A stretch of 63,236 nucleotides of DNA, the filler included, from Octopus bimaculoides (lineage: Eukaryota), in assembly GCF_001194135.2 (NCBI RefSeq). It is 7 parts of 6 records of this genome, joined end to end, with 100 filler letters (N's around TTAATTAATTAA, not from the genome) between each part and the next. Parts side by side here need not be neighbours in the genome. Positions count along the whole stretch, not along the records: positions 1 to 8,367 come from NC_068986.1; positions 8,468 to 29,437 come from NC_068997.1; 5 more parts are not named here. One strand, 5' to 3'. Shown piece after piece: positions 1 to 13,598 of the stretch (position 1 is its first letter; the number at the start of each line of letters is the position of its first letter). Made by a program: the position numbers and the translations under genes. A model generated the notes under the pieces. The model was not told the DNA's origin. It did no database searches and worked only from the letters and a program-made list of their open reading frames with translations.

Positions 1-1227
1 ATACACAAATAAAGAATCTTCATTCAACAATGCGGTATTCAGCGCTCATTGTCATTGCTCGACATTTATATATATATGCATATATGGGTACAGACGTCAG
101 AAACAGTAAACAACATGAAACACAAAAACAAAGAAGTTGAATACGCAAACAACGAGAGAAGCAAATGGAAAATAGGACAAGTAACATAAAGGACGACCCT
201 TCATCAGTTGTCGACTGCCTATCTACTCGTCATTTCGAGTATTGGAGAATATGAGTCTTCGAAGGCAGTTGTCCCCACAAATACCAAAATATCATTTGGG
301 ATTTATGGAGGTTTAAATTTGGGAACAAAAGCAGGACAGTGGAGGCGTGCAAGGAAACCAAACGAAAACATGGAGGGTCGTTTGACCAGAACGAGGGTAA
401 AATAGTGAACGCTGGAGAAGTATTTTCTTTGACAAGAGAAAAGATAAAATAGAGCGTTGGAAAGCCCTGACAGAAAAGAAAAGAAATATGATAACATGAG
501 GAAAAGAAAGATGGACGATTGTCACGTGTGAGCAACGAAAGAGAGTAAAAGAGAAAAAGGGGTAGAGAAAGACAGATAGAAAACGGTGAAGGGGAGAAAG
601 AAAAATTAGAGAAAGGATGAGAGAGAAAATGATAGCGGGAGAGAACAGTATAGGGTAGAGTAGAGTCGCATCAAAATTATTATACATGTGTGTATATATA
701 CATACGTACACATACACGCACAGTCAATGAGCTTATACATTGTGTCCTTGATTTTAACCAAAACAGTGTTAAATAGAAAACAAACCTGTGAGTAACCAGC
801 GCAAAGAATTACCGTCACTAAACCACAACTACTTCCAGTCATAATTTTTTTCTCCTACAGAATATATTTCATGAAATATTCTAAAAAAAATCTATAGCAT
901 TGAACTGCTGCATTTATTCATTTATATCTTTTCACACATTTGTTTTTGCAGATGTTCAATATCTGAATGAAAATTTATTGATATGTAAGTGATATCTTCT
1001 TTGTTGTATCATTTTTCACAGGTATAACAGACTTCACTTTTATTTATGCCGTTAAGTGAAATTCAGTCAGTTGAAAAACCTTATCTACCATAGTGATAAT
1101 TATGTGTCTGTGTACTGAGTATGTGTGTGTGTGCGCCCGCGTGCGTGTGTGTGTTTTTGAGTCTATATGTATCCATTAGAACAGATTCGTGTAATAATAT
1201 ATATATATATACATATATCTATCTATA

Positions 1228-1299
<72 letters not shown>

Positions 1300-2309
1300 G
1301 TAAGAGGTGTAAATATTATAAAAACTATATACTACTTAGTGCAAACGTTATCTGATTTATCATTCAATACACCAGGTACGTCGGGTAAATATGTTTTTTA
1401 TATCTAATGTTGAGTTGTAAACAGCCAAGGGTAGAACTGAAAGTCGAGGTTCAAGATTTGGTAGTATGTGTCTGCGTTTGTGAGTCTATAAATGTGTAGA
1501 CCATCATAGACAAATATTACGCTTAATACTGGACATCTGGAAGTATTTAACTTCGCATTTGCATTGAAAGATCTCAATAATTGAAAAATTATCTTTACAT
1601 ACATCTGTATGTACGGAAACGTATACAAAAGAATGTAATCACGTCAAATATATCGCTAATTTATATAGAATTGTGAATATGAGTTTGTGCGCGTGTTTGT
1701 GTGTGTATAAAACCTCAGGCCGGAAGATTAGTTATGTCAATTTTTTGGATTACATCGAATTAAATTAAGCAGAATCGGGTCGATTTTTAGCAAATCCTAT
1801 TTTTATATAATGCAGATGCGTTTTACTATGCAGATATATAGTTTGGCATACTTACTATATTTACTTAGAATTACCATAATTCAAAAGGCCATTGATGTAG
1901 ATTTAGTGAAGTTAGGCAAGTATTAATAACCTCTGTATATAGCTAAGGACTTATCGTTTTGTTTCCACCAACTATCCGGTTCTGGACTGGAACGCAGAAT
2001 ATGCTTTTTATTGAAACACTTCCAAACTTGAAAATGAGGATTGCTTTTGTTCAACTCAGCATAGAATACAAGAGACTATGAGTGGTGTGCGCACATTTGT
2101 CTTGCGTATTTCCATTAATTTGAAAACGGAAGATTGAGTGTATGTATGTACATATATGGTATCATTACAATTATTAATAATAATAATGTTAATAATAAAG
2201 TGGCTAGCAAATTTATACCTTTATAGATAAAAATACAAACAAAACTCAATAGGGTTAGAGCTTTAGCTATGTTTATAACAAGTGGTATTTTAATACCCTA
2301 CTGAATTTT

Positions 2310-2345
<36 letters not shown>

Positions 2346-3219
2346 NNNNNNNNNNNNNNNNNNNNNNNNNNNNNNNNNNNNNNNNNNNNNNNNNNNNNNN
2401 NNNNNNNNNNNNNNNNNNNNNNNNNNNNNNNNNNNNNNNNNNNNNNNNNNNNNNNNNNNNNNNNNNNNNNNNNNNNNNNNNNNNNNNNNNNNNNNNNNNN
2501 NNNNNNNNNNNNNNNNNNNNNNNNNNNNNNNNNNNNNNNNNNNNNNNNNNNNNNTATACAGCACTCTTTCTTCCCCACTTAATGTCGAAGTATTATTAGA
2601 ATGCCGAACACTGAGTATTAGCCTTACGAGAACAGTCGTAAATCGTAACAGACGAGACCTCTCTGGCATGGGCACCAGAAATACTCAACTCCGTGATTTC
2701 AGCTTATTGCACTTCGTCAGTAACAGGCGTCTCCCGTGATATATATCTGTGATATATATCGTGCATTTATGTCAGGACCACGGTATTCGGCGTGCTAATA
2801 ATACGTGCTTCTTAAGTGGGGTATAAAGATTGCTTTTGGCAATTAATCCTTCTCCTGTCTCTAGTGTATATATCTTAATAAGCCTGCCGACTATTTGCAC
2901 GTCAATGACTGAAAATCACAGTTATCATTTATATAATTAGCCTTCAGACTGAAATATTATGCAGCGAATTCATCGGCGATTGAGGAAGCGCAGAATACTG
3001 AGATCGCATCATCCTAGGTTTCCGCATCCATATCAGATAGATCCTAAACGCTAGGAAATATGTTTGTGCTCTTAGCACCGTATATGTTTATGAGAAGATC
3101 GCTCAAGACGAACACAGCAAAATTAAGCGTTCTAATAACATATGGGTAACCGCGTCATTTTACATTTTTAATTTCGTGCATGCGCATGTTTTGTTTTTCA
3201 TGTTGTCAACTACACAATA

Positions 3220-3778
3220 TAGTAGGGTCAGTTGGGCACCATCTGAGATAAAGATAGCACCATGCCGCAATTCACTCTACCAGAAATTTGGAAACGACAT
3301 ACTGTACTGCTTGGAATCCACGCCGGAGGTTCGAATACGGACATTTTAAAGTGCTGGGTGTCAGTGTGAGTCCCCAAAACATGTACCGAGAGTGATAAAA
3401 ATTAAACATCTAGTCAGCATTATGGTGTTGGAATGATCATTAGTGATGGTGACGTTATGCCTCCATTCATCTCCCCACACGGCCTTACACTCAACACAGA
3501 GGCCTACGTCAAGTACGTGGAGGAGGTATTTCTGCCCTCGGTCAACAAGGGTAGATGCCAGAAGACCCTATGTCTGGCAACAGGACACTGCTCAATACCA
3601 CACAAGCAGGTGAACCCAGACAAGGCTGTCCGACAATTTCTGCAACCACATCACCACTAACATCGTGCCACCTAACTCCCCAGACTGCAAACCCCTTGAT
3701 TATTATGCGTGGGGTGCAGTTGAACGAGATACCAGTAAAACTGTTTGTAACACCAAAGGTGAACTGAAGGCAAGGATT
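3220..3778 (+). mobile_element. Tc1/mariner (maT/DD37D-like) transposase remnant, internally deleted
   Basis: Pieces VPRVIKIKH..IMV, DGDVMPPFI..GLTLNTEAY and PPNSPDCNPLDYYAWGAVERDT..NTKGELKARI, with frameshifts. Confidence 0.85.
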
Positions 3779-5500
3779 TAAGTGCAAATCAGCAACTTTG
3801 AAAGTCTGGTTAATGGATATCGCAAAAGACAGACGTAGTGGCAATTGAAGTCATTTGAACTCGAAGGGCATATTGGAAGGTATTAAAGGTAAGCAAGAAA
3901 TAAAAATAATTACACCTCTTCCACAGCCAGAAATTATTGTGGTTTGTATAACATTTCTCATTAATTTCTTGTCTACAAGTCGTGTGCCATTTCACAGCTG
4001 TCGTTGAGAAAGGTTGCGCAGACGCATGATTGGAGCGCCTATTTTCAATGGAAGGCAATGTGGAGGAGCTCCTGTGGGATGCATTGAGTTTAAGAACTCA
4101 GCCGGGTAATTAGCTATTTCCGATTCATCAACAACAGAGTTTGTAGATTTGCATGTTCGTTTCCTGGTAAAAACTTCTCAAGTCTTTCATTTAAATTATT
4201 CACAGTAACGTTCTTTGGTGCCATGATTGCTCTTTCACACAACCAAGCAGCATTTGTGTAATTTGAATTTATAATTGCAAAAACTTTTTCAATAAGTTTC
4301 TCAACCGAGCTGAGCAAGGTGCAGATAGTTGAGGGATTCCAGTTGACTTCATGATTGATATCTAGCCTTCCTTCTCCAAGCTGCAAAATAGGCAAATTTC
4401 CCCGAGAGATGATCCACAAGCAAACGTGCCTTCATATTTGTAGAAAGCTTTATCACTTTGATATGTTTCTATAAAAAAGAAGATTTCAAGCATGTTTCTA
4501 AATCATCCGCCTTTGTTCTCCTGGCAATCACTGGTACAGTTTGTCTGAAATCATTTGAAAGTACTACTGTTACACAGCGCATTAAAAAACTGAAATTGCG
4601 TAAATCTTGCAGCATTCTGTTAACACGGTTATTGATTTCTCACGGGATATTGTAGCTTCATCCTATACGATGAAAGAACATTTCATGAGAACTTGGCCTA
4701 ATGAAGAACTTTTACTAATATTGCAGACAGGTTCAACATTTGAAGTTAGATTGAATGGCTGCTTGAATTCTGCGTCAGATGTTCGACGTGGGAGTAAAGT
4801 CGCAGCAATTCCAGATTTCGTTACAGCTAAGGCTATTTCTTTCTTCTGCCGGACTTTGGCTAGCACTAAATTTGCAACAAAAGTTTCTCCAGTTCCTCAT
4901 GGCGTTTCTAAAAAATATAATCCGCCACTCTTATGTGTCACTTGATCAATGACTGTTGTATATGCAGGTTGTTGGTCTGGCAAAAGTTTCGGAACATTTT
5001 ATTCAGGGAATCTTGTTAATTAATCACTAACAATTGAAGTTTCTCGCAAAGCTTCTGTGATCAAATTATTCATCTCATTTGGATGAGTTTCGAGTTAGCC
5101 AAACTTGCTGTGCTTCTCCCCTCGCGTTGAGACAACGCAATCATCAATATCAACCGATATATGTCATCATTGAATGCTATTTCCCTCTGAGGTAGTCTTA
5201 ATTGGGCTAGATATTTGTAGTCATCTGATAAATCATTCTTATATTTGTGTCATAACGCTAATGGATTACTTACTTCACAATTCAGGAGAAGAATTACAAA
5301 AAAGATCTTTCAAAGAAATAGGTGTGCTTTACACTAATTCCTCAGCCATTGTTCTATCCCCTAATAAATTGTCATCTTCTAATAAGTTTAAGGCTAAACA
5401 GGCCTCTGTATATGTACGAACAGTTTAACAATAAATCGTTCTCACAAAGGAGAACAAATCGGTCCTCTTATTTCAGCTCCTCTTTTTCTTTTAGCAATAT
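3779..5500 (-). mobile_element. Helitron Rep/Pif1-helicase remnant
   Basis: GTGETF (degenerate Walker A), [71 protein letters not shown] and LRLSFAISINQ, all on the minus strand with stops and frameshifts. Confidence 0.9.
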
Positions 5501-6459
5501 AAAGTAATAGAAGTTATTACAGTTACACGCACACGCAGACACATACACACACACACACAATGACAGACATGTTATTATGTGTGTCGTTATATTACACATA
5601 TGGCATACTACAAAAGCGTGCTCCACCGAATTTGTTTCTTCCTATGTTTAGGGAAATGGGTATATTCAAATGAAAAGTTGTACAAATATGCTGAAGTGAG
5701 ATAAGAAAATGACAGTTGACCTCATAAATTCTGAAGTGGAATTAGTGAAACAAAGCAAAAATGCTGGAATGAAATCTAAATTACGGTTTCTCTTCTGAAG
5801 GTAAGTAGGGATTAAAGCAAAAGTGATCTTCTACGGTTTCTATTATGAAGGTAGGTAGTGCAGAAAAGAAAACTAATCTTCTACAGATATAAATATATAA
5901 CGAATGTAAACTAATACTTATTTAAGTAATACTTATAGGAATATGAAGTAATGGAGCTTATTACAGTTATACATCCCACACGCATACACACATGTTATTA
6001 TTCGTGTCGTTATGTTACGCATATGGCATACCTAGAGAAGACTGCCCCACCGTATTTTGAAATAAAATAAAGAAATATAATAATCCTATAGCAATTATGA
6101 CCCTTAGGCATGTCATTTATGTTTTATTTGTCAATGGTATGTTAATCCTCTAAAGCTTAATACCCTTAGACCTTTCATTTATTTATTATTAATTTGGAGA
6201 TGGCATATTTTAATCCTATAAAAATTATATATCCGTTAGACCCTTCATTTAGTTTTGAAATGCGGTTTTGTACATGTTGGAAAAGGACCAGTAGTTCCCT
6301 GCAGAGGACCGCTAGAGACACGGGACCATTTTCATTGTCTTCGGCGTGAAAGTTTACACAAGAATTAGCTTTTAGTTGTTATATCGGCGCCGTAGTTTTT
6401 TCTTCATATATGAAGACACACAGACAGACATGCACACATCCATTTTTATTATTATATAC

Positions 6460-6491
<32 letters not shown>

Positions 6492-7171
6492 NNNNNNNNN
6501 NNNNNNNNNNNNNNNNNNNNNNNNNNNNNNNNNNNNNNNNNNNNNNNNNNNNNNNNNNNNNNNNNNNNNNNNNNNNNNNNNNNNNNNNNNNNNNNNNNNN
6601 NNNNNNNNNNNNNNNNNNNNNNNNNNNNNNNNNNNNNNNNNNNNNNNNNNNNNNNNNNNNNNNNNNNNNNNNNNNNNNNNNNNNNNNNNNNNNNNNNNNN
6701 NNNNNNNNNNNNNNNNNNNNNNNNNNNNNNNNNNNNNNNNNNNNNNNNNNNNNNNNNNNNNNNNNNNNNNNNNNNNNNNNNNNNNNNNNNNNNNNNNNNN
6801 NNNNNNNNNNNNNNNNNNNNNNNNNNNNNNNNNNNNNNNNNNNNNNNNNNNNNNNNNNNNNNNNNNNNNNNNNNNNNNNNNNNNNNNNNNNNNNNNNNNN
6901 NNNNNNNNNNNNNNNNNNNNNNNNNNNNNNNNNNNNNNNNNNNNNNNNNNNNNNNNNNNNNNNNNNNNNNNNNNNNNNNNNNNNNNNNNNNNNNNNNNNN
7001 NNNNNNNNNNNNNNNNNNNNNNNNNNNNNNNNNNNNNNNNNNNNNNNNNNNNNNNNNNNNNNNNNNNNNNNNNNNNNNNNNNNNNNNNNNNNNNNNNNNN
7101 NNNNNNNNNNNNNNNNNNNNNNNNNNNNNNNNNNNNNNNNNNNNNNNNNNNNNNNNNNNNNNNNNNNNNNN

Positions 7172-7205
<34 letters not shown>

Positions 7206-8269
7206 GTTAGAAGTGGTTTCCTACCAGATGGCGGTTAGCTCAATTCATCTATTTTAGTTTTTAGGAGTCGACACAAGAAAAGGGAATATCAAGGAATCAA
7301 ATGTGAAACGATCAAAAAAAGGTTATAAATGCATTAATACATATATATCAAGAGAATCTGAAAGGGGAGAGTTGTATATGATAGTCGTTGATGGAGATGA
7401 CAGAAGAGATGACTACAGCTGAAAAATGATGACAGCACACGATTGTAGTAGGAAGGAGAGCAAGGGTAGAAAATTGAAAAGAACTACCATGGATGTGCTT
7501 ATGCATTAGTGCTGATGAATGTTCCGTTGGTAGAAGAAGGGTATTAATGCTGAACAGTTGACGATATGTGACGGTGTTTCAAAGTAGAATGCATAAAATA
7601 CCTAGGCAGAAGCAAAATTCGTAGTGACTGATATGTCAGTAGATGAAATATAATCCTTGAATATAAAATTTGTAACAAAAATTAAGTATCAAAGAGGAGA
7701 ACATATAGATTGAGAAAAATAGGGCATCAGACACAGGCAGAGATTTTTAAGCAGAGTTCATAGTAATCTCTTAATGTCTGAATGAACAGACGTTTGGCCA
7801 ATATTCTCTGATTTCACTTTCTCACCTGTGGAGAGACAAAGCACTGTGGTGAAACTAATATGATTAATTTCCACAGTCAGAATAGTCTAGCAAGAACAGC
7901 ACAGTGTCTACCTTCTTAACAAGTATGATTGTTATTCAAAGTGAGCCAGTTTTAATATATCTCAGACAATACATGTTTATTGGAAGTGAGTAAGTGCAGG
8001 TGTTCTCGGAGATGTTATCAGTTATAAAACCTGTCGCGACGGGAATACATACGTGTAAATGTGTGTGAGTTTGTGAGTGTGCATGGGTAGGTGTGCGACT
8101 ATAAGTATCCATATAGTTGTATATATATTGGATATACATATATGTGTGTGTTTGTGCGTGTGTGTGTGTATATATATATATAACGTAATTATTTAAACTT
8201 TGGATATAAACCCACCATATGATGACGAGAGATTCTCGTGAATTCCATTTTTCGTTTCCCTCTTGTGCA

Positions 8270-8302
<33 letters not shown>

Positions 8303-8963
8303 AACACAAATACACACACACATACACACACACACATATATATATATGTATGTATATATGTATATATNNNNNNNNNNNNNNNNNNNNNNNNNNNNNNNNN
8401 NNNNNNNNNNNTTAATTAATTAANNNNNNNNNNNNNNNNNNNNNNNNNNNNNNNNNNNNNNNNNNNNGTGTGTGTGTGTGTGTGTGTGTGTGTATTTGAT
8501 AGGTAGCTAGACACTGTTTTGCATCTATTTTTTTTTCCATTTTTTTTTTCCTCTCTCCATAATTACATGAGTGGAATAGTTTTCACATTTCACACACATT
8601 TTGATGTTTGCGTATTGTTGCAACTATTGATTTTAATAAATAGAAGACCTGCCTTCAGCTAAGCAATCATCTGTCAAACATGCATGAAACCTGCCTGTCA
8701 TCAAGTCACACTGAGGTGAGCAGAGTTATGTGCCTTGCCCAAGGGTAGAATATTTATTACTCTTACTCCTACAACAGCCAGTTGTTCTGCTGTGTTTTGA
8801 CCTTGGGCAAGGCAGATAACTCTGCTTAAACTGAGATATGGATTCAGTTATCAAAACAGTTAGAATAGGGAAATGGGCAACTAGTTCCTGTCAGATTCGG
8901 AACTGCTATGATGTAGGTCAGTAATCCTAATGTTGTTGCTCTTAGAAGTAAATATATATATAT

Positions 8964-9025
<62 letters not shown>

Positions 9026-9769
9026 AAGAAAATGGATTCTCTGTCAGTTTCAGTGTAAGGTTAAACAAACTACTTACTCACTCAGATAGCTGAGTATTCC
9101 TTAGACAAGCTGTTTACATCAGGCAGAATCAGCCTCAGGCAGAATCATCATTGCTGATTCTGTGTGGGAAGATATGAAGCATTTTGGCACAGCTGTTTTG
9201 GCCCTGTCTATTTTGGCATCACTGCTTCAATGCTGACTCATTTGACATAAGACCTTTTGATGTTTCTCTTGTTTTAATGTTTCCCCATTTCCTTCCCTCT
9301 TGTCTTTGTGTTTATGTGTGTAAGTATTATTTCTGTTAATGTGTTTGAGGAGAAGGAAAAGCCTTTATGTCAATCGTGTTCAGTTTTACAAATTGTAATG
9401 ATTCTCTTTCCCTCTCATTCTAATCTGTATGTACATATTTCCGAAGAAGCCATGCAGTGGCTATTATCTGGGATCTTGTGACTGTGAAGTGAATTTCTTA
9501 AGCATACAACTATACCTAAGTCCATATTTGAAATATTTACAAAGTAAAAAGAAAAATGCAGTTGGGATGGCTAACACTGGACAATGCTGATTAAGATGCA
9601 TTATGACAATGCAGTTTGGTACCTCAATGTTTTTGCTTAAATTTTACATAAGACAAGTCAGATCTCATTTTTGACATCAAAATCATAAGCACTGGTTAAA
9701 TAGTAGCAGTTTTATGAACAATGCTTTCTCTCTACATAGATTGTTGTTTTTCTCTGGTTAAAATATATC

Positions 9770-11110
9770 TGGCATAGAGATGGGTGGAATGCATCTGCAA
9801 ATCTTTTCTCTGGCTTTGTGCTTACACCATGAATGTTCTGAGCACTCCTGAGAGAGGTTTGAATAAAGGAAGAACTGATTAGCATGGACAGAAGAACTAG
9901 AAATGTAGTGGCTATGCATGGATGCCTTCAAGCTAGAAGTAATATAACAAGGCTTTATCTGCCAAGGATGGAAGAAAAGAATTGATTTGAATAGAGGAGA
10001 GCTAAGGAAGGGGAGCAAATCATTGCATGCCTATCTTAGGGAGAGCAATGAATGGATGTTGCAAACTGCATTGAGTGAGAAGGGGATTAGTGATGATGAA
10101 GAGAATCTCTAGAAGTACAATGAGAGGACTTTTGTGGAAAAAAACATCAACAATTGGAAAGAGAAAGTCCTACACAGAGAGCTTGTGAAACACACCAGAT
10201 GTAAAAAGAAAAGGTGAAGTTACCTTCTAGAGTCATACTGACATTTATGGGTCGGTTTCCTGGTTTCATGGTGTATAATTTCCCCACCTGGATGGGGATT
10301 ACTCATATTTGCCAGCTGAGTGGACTGGAGCAATGTGGAATGAAGTTTTGCTCAAGAACACAGCAAGTCACTTGATCCAGGAATTGAAACCACAATCTTA
10401 CAATCTTGAGTCCAACATCCTTACCACTAAGCCATGTGCCTCCACAACACCAGATGTAACTGATGAAGAATCCTGGAAATGGTTAAGACATGGATTTTCA
10501 AAGAAGGAAACAGAAGGCTTGACCCTTGTAGTTTAAGGACAAGCTTTGAGACCAACACATTGATGTAGAGCATTGATAAACCAGCAGAAACACCTCTTGT
10601 GTGTCGAGTATGTGAAATTTGCTTGAATGTAGTTAGTCAATGTTCAAAACTGGTCCAGAAGGAAAGTAGAAAATACCATGATGAATTTGCACAGCAAATA
10701 TATTAGAAACTGTGCTGGAGTTACAGGCTAGAGTGTGCTGACAAATAGTGCAAACGCCAGACCTTGCCAGTCACAGAGAATGATCAGGAGAAACTTGCGT
10801 AGGCTGTGCCAATCTGCAGAGATAAGAAGCTGCAAAATAATTGACCAGATATCACTCTCCTATGGGAAGAAACCAAACAATAGATCAGAACATTGTAAAG
10901 ACGAAGAATGAGAAAGCCAAAAGGGTACTAAACCTGGCTTTTGAAGTGGAATTTATTCATAGAATCTCGAGTGATAATCATTGTGACTGGCGCACTTGAA
11001 ACCTTTTCAAAGAACACAAAAATCTGATACGAGAAGTCAGAACTACCAGTTATCACTGAATGCCTGACTGCTTTTGATAAGTTTCCTTATAATCTACAGA
11101 AAGGTGTTTC
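9770..11110 (+). mobile_element. R4/Dong-like RLE non-LTR retrotransposon, decayed 3' half
   Basis: MDRRTRNVVAMHGCLQARSNITRLYLPR, WKEKVLH, SWKWLRHGFSKKETEG..*GQALR, CRVC, KYHDEFAQQIY*KLC and N*PDITL; interrupted by a SINE at 10205-10446. Confidence 0.8.
10205..10446 (-). mobile_element. tRNA-derived CORE-like SINE with 13-bp target-site duplication
   Basis: A box TGGCTTAGTGG, B box GGTTTCAATTCC, CORE-like segment; flanked by acaccagatgtaa at 10192-10204 and 10447-10459. Related copies at 24305-24600, 31250-31560 and 45010-45200. Confidence 0.9.
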
Positions 11111-11204
11111 TGCTCTTTTATTGATGCTGTACTTCACTGAGTTGGTTTGCAAAGCTTGTTCTTGAGAAGCAAGGATCAAACCTCAGAGGGTTGTATTCTT
11201 TCTT

Positions 11205-11866
11205 TTCTACTCTAGGCACAAGGCCTGAAATTTTTGGGGAGGGGCCAGTCGATTAGATCGACCCCAGTATGCAACTAGTACTTAATATATCAACCCTGAA
11301 AAGATGAAAGGCAAAGTCAACCTCGGTGGAATTCGAACTCAGAATGTAAAGACAGATGAAATACCGCTAAGCATTTCAGTTGGTGTGCTAACATTTCTGC
11401 CAGCTCACAGCCTTTCAGAACAGTGTATATGCCGAGGAAAAAGCTGACACATGACATAGACAACCCAGAAGAACATGAAAAACTGTAGAAGATAATAATA
11501 ATAATAATAGTTTCTGATTTAGACACAAGGCCAGCAATTTTGAGGAGAGACATTTGGTCAATAGCATTGGCCTCAGTACTTGACTGGTACTTTATATTAT
11601 TGACCCTGAGGTGGGATGATGAAAGACAATGTTGACATCGGCAGGATTTGAACTCAGACTGTAAAGAGCATGAACAAATTACACCGATCCCCAGTATTCA
11701 GCTAGAACTCATTTTATCGACCCCCATCCCCATTGCCCCCGCTGGAAGGGAGAAAGGTAAGTTTGACCTCAGTAACATTTGAACTCTGAACGTATAACCA
11801 GAAGAGATACCAATACCGCGAAATGTTTTTGTCTGGCACAGTGACAATTCTACCAGCTCACTGCCT
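11205..11866 (-). mobile_element. Cluster of family-B SINE copies (Meta-domain-like core)
   Basis: Shares GCCTTTCATCCTTTCGGGGTCGATAAATTAAGTACCAG and a tRNA-like head with copies at 14340-14720, 19088-19380, 23425-23552, 32030-32221, 39692-40106 and 57686-57885. Confidence 0.8.
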
Positions 11867-11868
11867 TC

Positions 11869-11915
<47 letters not shown>

Positions 11916-12488
11916 GGAAGAAATATGCACTGGAATCAATTCAACCAATNNNNNNNNNNNNNNNNNNNNNNNNNNNNNNNNNNNNNNNNNNNNNNNNNNN
12001 NNNNNNNNNNNNNNNNNNNNNNNNNNNNNNNNNNNNNNNNNNNNNNNNNNNNNNNNNNNNNNNNNNNNNNNNNNNNNNNNNNNNNNNNNNNNNNNNNNNN
12101 NNNNNNNNNNNNNNNNNNNNNNNNNNNNNNNNNNNNNNNNNNNNNNNNNNNNNNNNNNNNNNNNNNNNNNNNNNNNNNNNNNNNNNNNNNNNNNNNNNNN
12201 NNNNNNNNNNNNNNNNNNNNNNNNNNNNNNNNNNNNNNNNNNNNNNNNNNNNNNNNNNNNNNNNNNNNNNNNNNNNNNNNNNNNNNNNNNNNNNNNNNNN
12301 NNNNNNNNNNNNNNNNNNNNNNNNNNNNNNNNNNNNNNNNNNNNNNNNNNNNNNNNNNNNNNNNNNNNNNNNNNNNNNNNNNNNNNNNNNNNNNNNNNNN
12401 NNNNNNNNNNNNNNNNNNNNNNNNNNNNNNNNNNNNNNNNNNNNNNNNNNNNNNNNNNNNNNNNNNNNNNNNNNNNNNNNNNNNNNNN

Positions 12489-12529
<41 letters not shown>

Positions 12530-13016
12530 TGTGTGTGTGACAGAGAGAGAGAGGGAGAGTGTGTGTGTGTGTGTGTGTGATAAAATGGGGAGATAAAATG
12601 AGAGAAAAGGATAGAGAAATGTATTTGAGAGAAAGAGGTAAAGAGAGAGAGAGAGAGAAGGAGACTAGATTGGGCAATATGGTCAGTTATGATATTCATC
12701 TGCAGCTGAAGAACATGCATGCATCTGTGTGTGTGTGTGTGGGTTGAATTCCAAGATGACCACCACAAGAATATAATAAAGGATGACCTTAAATGCAAAG
12801 TTCAAGAGTCATTAGAAAATATAACATCCTTCCTCTGTTTTTGTTCTCTCTCTCTCTCACTCTGTATAAGCTCACTTTGCAACCACAGGGTTATGGGTTC
12901 AGTCCACTGTGCAGAACCTTGGCCAAGGGTCTTCTACTGTAATCTCAAGCTGACTAATCCCCTGCCAGTCAATTCTGTAGAATGAAACTGTGGAAGCTTC
13001 TCATATATGTATGCAC

Positions 13017-13055
<39 letters not shown>

Positions 13056-13345
13056 CCCATTTGATAACTGGTGTTGGTTTGTTTATGTCTTTATAACTTA
13101 ACAGTTCAGCAAAAGAAACTGATGGATTAAGTACCTGACTTAAAATATGAATGCTGGGGTTGATTTTTTCAATTGAAACCCTTCAAGATGGTGTCCCAGC
13201 ATGGCTGTAGTCCAATGGCTGGAACAAATAAAACATAAACATATATGTGTTAAAGAATAATAAATTTATACTCTACCAAATGTATTGAGTAATCCTTCAG
13301 GTTAATGTAAGATTGTTTTTATTATAACTTAACATAAAAACAAAC

Positions 13346-13389
<44 letters not shown>

Positions 13390-13526
13390 AAAGTAAACAA
13401 AGTTTGTTTTAGAAGCGTTGAAAGATACAGGAATAATTTTTTAAAAAAATTCTCAAACGCATGATAATGCTAATAAATAACGCGGTCAGGATAAATTATC
13501 CATATATTGCAGAAAAATACGTTACC

Positions 13527-13598
13527 GGCCAGCCATGAGATGAGAACTTACATCCCTGTGATTACGTGTCAAGTGCTTTACCATTAAGCTAAACTGCC
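13527..13598 (-). pseudogene. Degenerate tRNA (Thr-CGT-like)
   Basis: 72 nt: GGCAGTT-TA-GCTT AATGGTA AAGC (perfect D stem), anticodon loop CA-CGT-AA, imperfect T arm (GTAAG TTCTCAT CTCAT), bulged acceptor stem; a T5 run 9 nt downstream. Confidence 0.65.

Noticed and set aside
190-250. CTGATGA and GAAA on the minus strand as a type-II hammerhead
   Set aside because: No stem I or stem III pairing can be drawn around a cleavage triplet.
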